Below are positions 63,101 through 64,000 of a DNA stretch of 64,000 nt, piece after piece. How positions within the stretch are numbered: position 1 is the first letter of the stretch; each line of letters begins with the position of its first letter. Source of the stretch: Lama guanicoe (lineage: Eukaryota); NCBI GenBank assembly GCA_013239625.1, contig MU053493.1, positions 1,745,793 to 1,809,792 on the forward strand. Reading direction: 5' to 3'. The notes beneath the pieces are model-generated. The model was not told the DNA's origin, did no database searches, and saw only the letters and a list, made by a program, of their open reading frames with translations. A program made the position numbers and the translations under genes.

Positions 63101-64000
63101 AAACTTACTACACATTCTAAGATTAGATTATGTGAAGTTTGCACAGCTTTGCAAATATACAAAAAACAGTTGAATCGTCCTCTTCAAATGGATAGACTTT
63201 ATACTATATAAATTATATCTCGGTAAAGCTGTTGAGGAAACCTTATTACAAATGAATATTCACATTTTTATGATACTTTATGTACAGATTTAACACATTT
63301 TCTTTAAACAGTTAAGTCCCCTTAATGCAGTTAAGTATAGACCCTGGCAGCTAAACTTTTTCTTATTTGGAGGCAATGTCTGGAAAGCCTGGGCAGAAAT
63401 AAAAACAATCTGAATGGAAAGGAATGCAGTGTTATTTTTAAGTCAAGGCACTGAAAGTGTTTAGCAAGAAACAATATTGAAAGAAAGTTAGAAATTAGAG
63501 TTAACATACATACCAGGTTTGGTAACATATCTATTTCTTGTACATCAGGTTTCTGATGGGTGTGAAAATCAGGTGTTTATCTTTACCGTTCCTGGTTTTT
63601 GTTTTGTTTTTAACATTCTTGTTTTTAACTATCTGTTTATTCCCACATTTATGCATTGTAGTTTATTCTTGGGAAGTAATCTTTCTTTGGAATAGTCACA
63701 AATTTACACATGGAGTTCAAAGTAATACAATTCTGTTGTACCTTTCTGAGATGGGACAGAGAAACCTCAAACTTAAAAGAGCTGTGAATCCCTACGGTTG
63801 GAGGGCAGTCTGAATAAAAATACTTTTAAAAGTTGGCAAAAATCAAGGGAGAAACTATAATATTTTTAAATTTCTGTTCACAACAGACTCTTCAGCAACA
63901 CATTTTTTTAAGTATCTGCAAGGATCTATATCAGTGTAACTCCTTTATGCTACGTTTCCAACCCCAGTAAGATTTCACATTTCACTCATAGACTCCTCAT

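Noticed and set aside
59030..64000. Search for MCEE exon 2
   Set aside because: No epimerase-like (VOC) peptide seen; presumably beyond the window.

Overview
Mammalian genomic DNA, most likely camelid, judged from about 12 copies of a tRNA-Ala-derived vic-1-type SINE. Four protein-coding genes are present. MTMR10 contributes its last three coding exons (+). FAN1 has a complete CDS (-, 13 coding exons, 3075 nt, 1024 aa, with UBZ, SAP, TPR and VRR-NUC regions intact). MPHOSPH10 has a complete CDS (-, 11 exons, 2028 nt, 675 aa). MCEE contributes its first coding exon (+) and shares a CpG-island bidirectional promoter with MPHOSPH10. Exon boundaries were read by hand from GT/AG sites, and phases sum to open frames. 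The rest is introns and repeats (L1, L2, MIR, SINE, LTRs, Tigger1, MER5A/20/58). The most notable non-genic signal is an L1-retroposed H/ACA RNA (SNORA79-like, U6-guiding) with a perfect 16-bp TSD, lying in sense orientation in FAN1 intron 1. Others are a 42-aa uORF in FAN1 exon 2 that an alternative acceptor would remove, a multi-level nested TE in MPHOSPH10 intron 7, a polyadenylated LTR-like retrocopy inside another LTR, an abrupt codon-usage switch in the MTMR10 last exon, and a 47-bp direct repeat flanking FAN1 exons 11-12. Gene and repeat-family names come from recognition without database searches. I found no wholly new multi-gene system.
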